Assembly (NCBI RefSeq): GCF_020745735.1
Contig: NC_083429.1
Coordinates: 43,753,877 to 43,817,876 of the forward strand
DNA: 64,000 nucleotides
Direction of reading: 5' to 3'
From: Hemiscyllium ocellatum
Lineage: Eukaryota
Shown here: positions 58,521-64,000 of the stretch, piece by piece
Position numbering within the stretch: the first letter of the stretch is position 1
How the letters are laid out: every line of letters starts with the position of its first letter
Made by a program: the position numbers and the translations under genes
The notes under the pieces: generated by a model
What the model saw: only the letters and a program-made list of their open reading frames with translations
Database searches by the model: none
Told to the model about the DNA's origin: nothing

Positions 58521-60399
58521 AAGAGTCCAGGATTCCTGCCGGATGATATTAATTTACACTTGGCAATGTAGGAAAGATCTACAGATGCTAAGGATTTTAC
58601 TGAGGATAGACCATGAGGACTAAGATGAATTTGTTAGGGGTAATCAATCATCTAAGATAAGAAAACTTGTCAACAATTAATAATAAGCTTCATCAATATT
58701 TGAAGGAAAGATAGATAAAAGGGATAGTGGAAGAAGTACTTGTGTTTATGTCTACTGCTTATATGAAAGATTATAACACCAACATGGACTGGCTGAAGAA
58801 ATAGTCTTGTACTTTGTTTGTAATTCTATGTAAAAAAAAGCCTTGCAGTTGTTGATGTGAAGCAATTATGTGCTCTGAAAATGTTTGGATTCAGGCTCAC
58901 CATGCATCAGTCAAAATATTAAGGTCTGCTACACAAATAACCCTTTCTCCTTTTCCTTTTAGGTGAAAGATGAAAGAAGATTAGCTGAGGTTTTATTTGA
59001 TACTTGTGACTTCAGCCATAGAATAGACTCCATTTACAATAATGAGTAAAGAAATGAAAATGCAGATATGTTTAGTTCAACACAATATCTTGATACTGTT
59101 ACAAAACCCCCAGGGAATTGATTCCTTAAATAAGGCTTATTTTGCTGGTTGGGGTGGACTTCAAAAGAAACACAAACAACAGCTGCAGTCATGGGATGTA
59201 CTAGCAAGGATAACAAGTAGTTCAATTTCAAGCAGATTTCTTCAGTCTGTGGTTAAAGACAGAGATAAAAATAATCCCAATTAAATATAAGTAACTTTTC
59301 AGCGTTGAGATAGCAGGCCATGTAATTCAACCTTTTATTGGATAAAGAAGCTTATCTTAGGGGAATCAAGGGTTATGGGGAAAACGCAGGAAAGAGAATG
59401 TGAGGAATGTCAGAGCAGCCTTAATTCACTTGAAGGTGGAGCAGACTTGAGGTGCTGTATGGCCCACTCTGTTCCTACCTCCTATGGTCTTATATTTAAC
59501 ATAACATCTATGTTTTAACAAAACATTAATTACATTTGTTAAGACCTAAAGATAAATGCTTAGAATTGTGGTAAAAGTATTTAGGTTTATGTAACTTTAA
59601 AATTACCAATTTTACTTAATAGAAAATAAAAGTATAGTTTCCCTATTCGACCCCAAACAGTGCCATGGTTGATAGTTATTGCTAAAACCAAAGATAAATT
59701 TAGTTAAGATTCTCATTGCTGCTCATGATCAAATATAAAAAAAATCACTTATTAGCTCGTTGTTTGATATGTTTTCTCCAGTTGAGGTTTTGTAAAGTAT
59801 AGCTTGGCAGATATCTAAAGTAATTGGCAAGAAACAATAACATGGAAGATTGTAAAGATCAGCTTTTGCTGTTTCCTTTTGTAAGTTAAAGGCTGACCCT
59901 ATATTTGAGCAATGGCACACCCTTGTATCAGCTGATTCAAACCAATCATGATTAAACTCAGGCCTTATCACATGAATTAACAACATTTCTGGCTCTAGTG
60001 TACAATTGGAAGTTCAGCATCATACTGTTACTTTGACACTTTTGCTGGCAGAATATTCAGAAGAATGACTAGCTTTCTTAACAGTATACATATCCCAGTA
60101 CAGGAACATATTTCTTAGACTGAAGCAACATAAACCAATTGCTTGCATTTTATTTTCACTTTATACTGCCTCATCACCTCAAAATGTTCCTAGATTGGAT
60201 AATGGCTTGATGGTACAATGTATTTCCTGGAAATAGCCATTTTTCATTACTGAATACATATCATCAGATAATATATATAGCACAGATTAATGACAAATTA
60301 ATAAGTAAAGTTCACTTCAGCATTACGTTCCCCCTGATTTGCAGAGCAGATTCTACAATTTTACCAACCAACAGTACAAAACCAATTCGATACAAAATT

Positions 60400-61831
60400 A
60401 GCTTGAAGGTTAGAGAGACAGAGGGTGGTGGTAGAGGGTTGCTTTTCGCACTGGCGGCCTGTGACCAGCGGTGTGCTGCAAGGATTGTAGATGGGCCACT
60501 GCTTTTCGTCATTTGTAGAAACAAGTTGCTTGTGAATATAGGAGGTACGGTTCGTAAGTTTGAAGATGACACCAAAATTGATGGTGTAGTGGACAGTAAA
60601 GATTATCTCAGAGTATAACAGGACCTTGATCAGATGGGCCAATGAGCCAAGGAGTGGCAGATAGGAGTTTATTTTAGATAAACGTGAGGTATTGTATTTT
60701 GGTAAGGCAAACCAGGACAGGGCGAATACTGATAATGGTAGGGCCTGGGGACTATTGCCAAAGAGAACTAGATGTGCAGATGCATAGTTTCTTGAGAGTG
60801 GTAAAGGCAGCATTTGGCACCTTGCTCTTGTTGGTCAGTGCATTGAGTATAGGAGTTAGGAAGTCATGTTGCAATTGCACAGGACATTGGTCAGGCCACT
60901 TTTAGAATACTGCATTCAATTCTGGTCTCCTTGCTGCAGGAAAGATGTTGACGAGTTTTGACTAGATTTGTAGCTCAGGTTAAGGTTCAGGTTGTAAGCT
61001 TGCTCACTGAGCTGGAAGGTTTGTTTTCAGATGTTTCAGCACCATGTTAATTAACATCAATGAGCCTCTAGTGAAGCGCTGGTGTTATGTCTTGGTCTCG
61101 AGGTGGGTGATATCATTTCCAGTTCTTTTTCTCATTTACCAATCGCTGAGAAAAAGAACTGGAAATGATATCACCCACCTTAAGAGATGAAGACACATAA
61201 ATAGAAAGCGGGACATAACACCAGCGCTTTACCAGAGGCTCACTGATAATGTTACTTAACATGGTGAAGAAACTTACGAAAACAAACCTTCCAGCTCAGT
61301 GAGCAAATTAACAATCTGAGGAAAGATGTTGTTAAACATGAAAGGTTCAGATAAGATTTACAAGGATATTGCCAGGAGTGGGAGGTTTCAGCAGTAGGGA
61401 GAGACTGAATATGCTGGGGCTTTTTTTTCCCCCCTAGAGCATCAGAAGCGGAGTGGTGATCTTATAGAGGTTTATAAAATCATGAGGGGCACAGATGGGG
61501 TGAATAGTCGAGGTATTTTTCCCAGGGAAGGGGAGTCCAAAGGCAGAGGGCATAGGTTAAGGTGAGAGGGGAACAATTTAAAAAAGGACCTGAGGGTCTA
61601 CTTTATCAAACAGAGGGTGGTGCATGTACAGAATGAGCTGCCAGAGGTGGTGGGAGAGACATGTACAATTACAACACTTAAAAGACATCTGGATGGGTAC
61701 ACAAATATGAAGGGTTTAGGAGGGACATGGGCCAAATTCTGGCAAATGGAACTAGATCAGTTTATGATATCTGGTCAGTGCGGACCAGTTGAACCGAAAG
61801 GTCTGTTTCCGTGATGTATAAGTCTATGACT
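60400..61831 (+). mobile_element. CR1/HER1 LINE (RT C-terminal part plus 3' UTR), interrupted by a PLE foldback
   Basis: KFEDDTKIDGVVDS remnant; 3' end AAGTCTATGACT. Confidence 0.9.
60951..61318. mobile_element. PLE-derived foldback element (family C)
   Basis: Inverted arms including a perfect AGGTGGGTGATATCATTTCCAGTTCTTTTTCTCA hairpin; 13-bp TSD AGGAAAGATGTTG at 60938-60950 and 61319-61331. Confidence 0.88.
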
Positions 61832-61837
61832 TTATAC

Positions 61838-61909
61838 CTCTTCTTCATCTCTGTTCAACAACTGTTGAAGAAGCAGATCCTTCTGTTCCAAGTCCTTCTG
61901 CAAGTCATT
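61838..61909 (-). CDS. DIXDC1: DIXDC1 exon (coiled coil)
   Basis: TTTCAG|NDLQKDLEQKDLLLQQLLNRDEEE|GTATAA; resembles mammalian VDLERELEHKDVLL. Confidence 0.9.
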
Positions 61910-62044
61910 CTGAAAGGAATGGTACATTTTTTTAAAAAATCAAAAATCAGTGCAGCATAGAAATGCTCACAGTACATGATTACACCATTCATATTACTGT
62001 ATAAATGTTGGCGTTAGCATTTTAATTTATTTCTGGAGTTAGTT

Positions 62045-62256
62045 ATTGGATGGACAGTTAGTTTATGTTGTAGAATAATGCCAACAGCATGGGTTCAATT
62101 CCCACACAGATGGAGGTTACCATGAAGGACTGTCCTTCTCAACATTTTCTCTCGCCTGAGATGTGGTGACCATCAGGTTAAATCATCACCAGTCGTCTCT
62201 CTATTTCTAATGGGAGTATAGCCCTATGATCCTCTGTGACCATGGCAACTTTATTT
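62045..62256 (+). mobile_element. tRNA-derived SINE
   Basis: B box GGGTTCAATTCCC; tail GACCATGGCAACTTTATTT. Confidence 0.55.
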
Positions 62257-63780
62257 TGATTTATTTAGTCTGCAGCAAACAAAAAATTTGTGTTTAATCC
62301 AGCTTTGTCATATCTTTAAGCCCTCGTTTTCACAAGAGTTAACACTGACAATAATATTCTAGCTAGGGATATTTGGATTAATTACGATTGTCACTTTGTA
62401 GTCCAGCTGGGGTTAACCACTTGGGAAAGACCAGGAAGGATACAAATTTGGAATGTTTTGTTGTATGTGGGACAGCACAACCATTCACTTTAAAATGTTG
62501 CTGAATGTTGTGATAAGGCCAAATGTTTTAATAAAATGTTGGTGTTGGGAGAGAGCTGCAAAAGTAATTAGAAAAACAACCCAAGGGTGAGTGGAACAAT
62601 GGTAAGTTCATGACAGCAGATTGAAAAGAAAAATTAGACACAGTACTTTCAATTCAACACTTGTTTGTCTTCTTTCAGTCCTATCCTTTGGCTTAATTCT
62701 CTAATGCTCTTTTTCATTTTCTCTATGAAGGATTTATATTTATTTTATAATGTAGCCTGATTGCATGTATATGTTGAATAATTATAATTTAATTGCTAAT
62801 CAGTTACAAAGCAGAAAACTACTGGAAAAATAAATCTGTCAACTTACTAGGTCCATAGTTAGTTAAACAGCAGATTTAACTGTACTTGGAAAGTTCAATT
62901 CCCTTGTTTAATTCAAATGCAGAAATCTGACTTACGGAGTAGGTGATGGTGAGCTTAGCTTTTGGCGGTATTAATAAAAACTGGAGCAAATCATTCAGTG
63001 CTTTGGACTGATTTGCAACATAAGGAGCTCTTCCTCACCATAAATGACTTTTTTTTGCTGTATTAATAATGATAAGCTGATATGCACGGTAAGTTCACTT
63101 TTTTGCAGTACATTCTGGGTCATAACAAATGTTACATATTAATTATAGCACAGTCTAATAGAAAGGACCAGGTACATCATTACTGTAATCACCAAGGAGA
63201 ATTTCCATGGTTGACAATGATTGAAAGTAGAATAAATAGCATTTTAAGCAAGTTAGCATTCATTGAAACGTTATGACATTCAACACCGAACAATTGCTTG
63301 ATAGACAACTTGCCATATAACTAACATGGTTCAAATTTTTGTCTCAACAATCCAAAACTAACATGCCACGAAAAGCTGTTGAATACATGGCAAACTTATT
63401 TAATCATTGATTATAATCATGTTGTCATTATCAGCAGGTACTAGCATTTATAAGTAATACCACATACCATAAACAGAAAGCATGTTTCAGTTTTTTTTAA
63501 ACTAACGGTCAAAGTACATATGCCTTATTGTTTATTATTTTTCAAATAATTGTGATGTACAAAAGGAAAGAAATGTCAAAAATTGCAGATTATTAAATTT
63601 ATAATTTAGATCACAAGATTAGATTGCATTTGAGGTTTATTTTGTTTCAAAATCCTTTAATCCTTAAAATCTTTAGGAGAGTACAAGTTACATACTTCTT
63701 TCAAAGTCTGAAATGTAAATACCATACAGCCAAGGTTTCAAATGTAGCACATTCCACTGGATAAATCTTTTTTCCAATAC

Positions 63781-63873
63781 CTTTATGTGAGTGGTTTCCG
63801 TTAGTTTCCGCAAAGTATCATCCAGTTTGGCCTGCTGCTGCTGAAACAGTCGATCCTTCTGACCCAACTCTCT
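63781..63873 (-). CDS. DIXDC1: DIXDC1 exon (coiled coil); gene continues beyond the window
   Basis: TGTAG|RELGQKDRLFQQQQAKLDDTLRKLTETTHIK|GTATTG. Confidence 0.94.
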
Positions 63874-64000
63874 CTACAAGAAAGAACAATCCACTAATTA
63901 AGACAGACTTGCATTTACACAGGGCCTTAGCATACTTCTCAGAAAAAATCTCAATATGCAATTAAATAATGATTGGGCTGTTACATATGCAAATGTGCAG

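Overview
Eukaryotic (vertebrate) genomic DNA, almost certainly from a shark. HE1/V-SINEs, HER1/CR1 LINEs and a Deu-domain SINE point to elasmobranchs; a bamboo/epaulette-type shark is a guess. Three spliced genes can be rebuilt by hand from splice sites and reading phase. PIH1D2 (+, 4 coding exons, 7491-12620, 324 aa) is complete. DLAT, pyruvate dehydrogenase E2 (-, 14 exons, 41830-15800, 620 aa), is complete. DIXDC1 (-) contributes its last 8 exons (63873-48537, 258 aa including the DIX domain). A CpG island at about 2000-3450 looks like the bidirectional promoter shared by PIH1D2 and, by synteny with human 11q23, NKAPD1/C11orf57. Most ORFs in the six-frame track are spurious or decayed retroelement pieces. 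The introns are full of CR1, L2, SINE, Tigger-like and Penelope-like (PLE) elements. The most striking non-genic signal is at least three sequence-distinct families of short PLE-derived inserts. They carry minimal type-I hammerhead ribozyme cores (CTGAnGA-stem II-GAAA plus a palindromic ACGT/AGCT), often form foldback palindromes, and are flanked by clean 12-17 bp target-site duplications. Also seen: two GC-AG introns, a LINE ending about 6 nt from a DIXDC1 splice donor, and local direct and inverted duplications around DIXDC1 exons.
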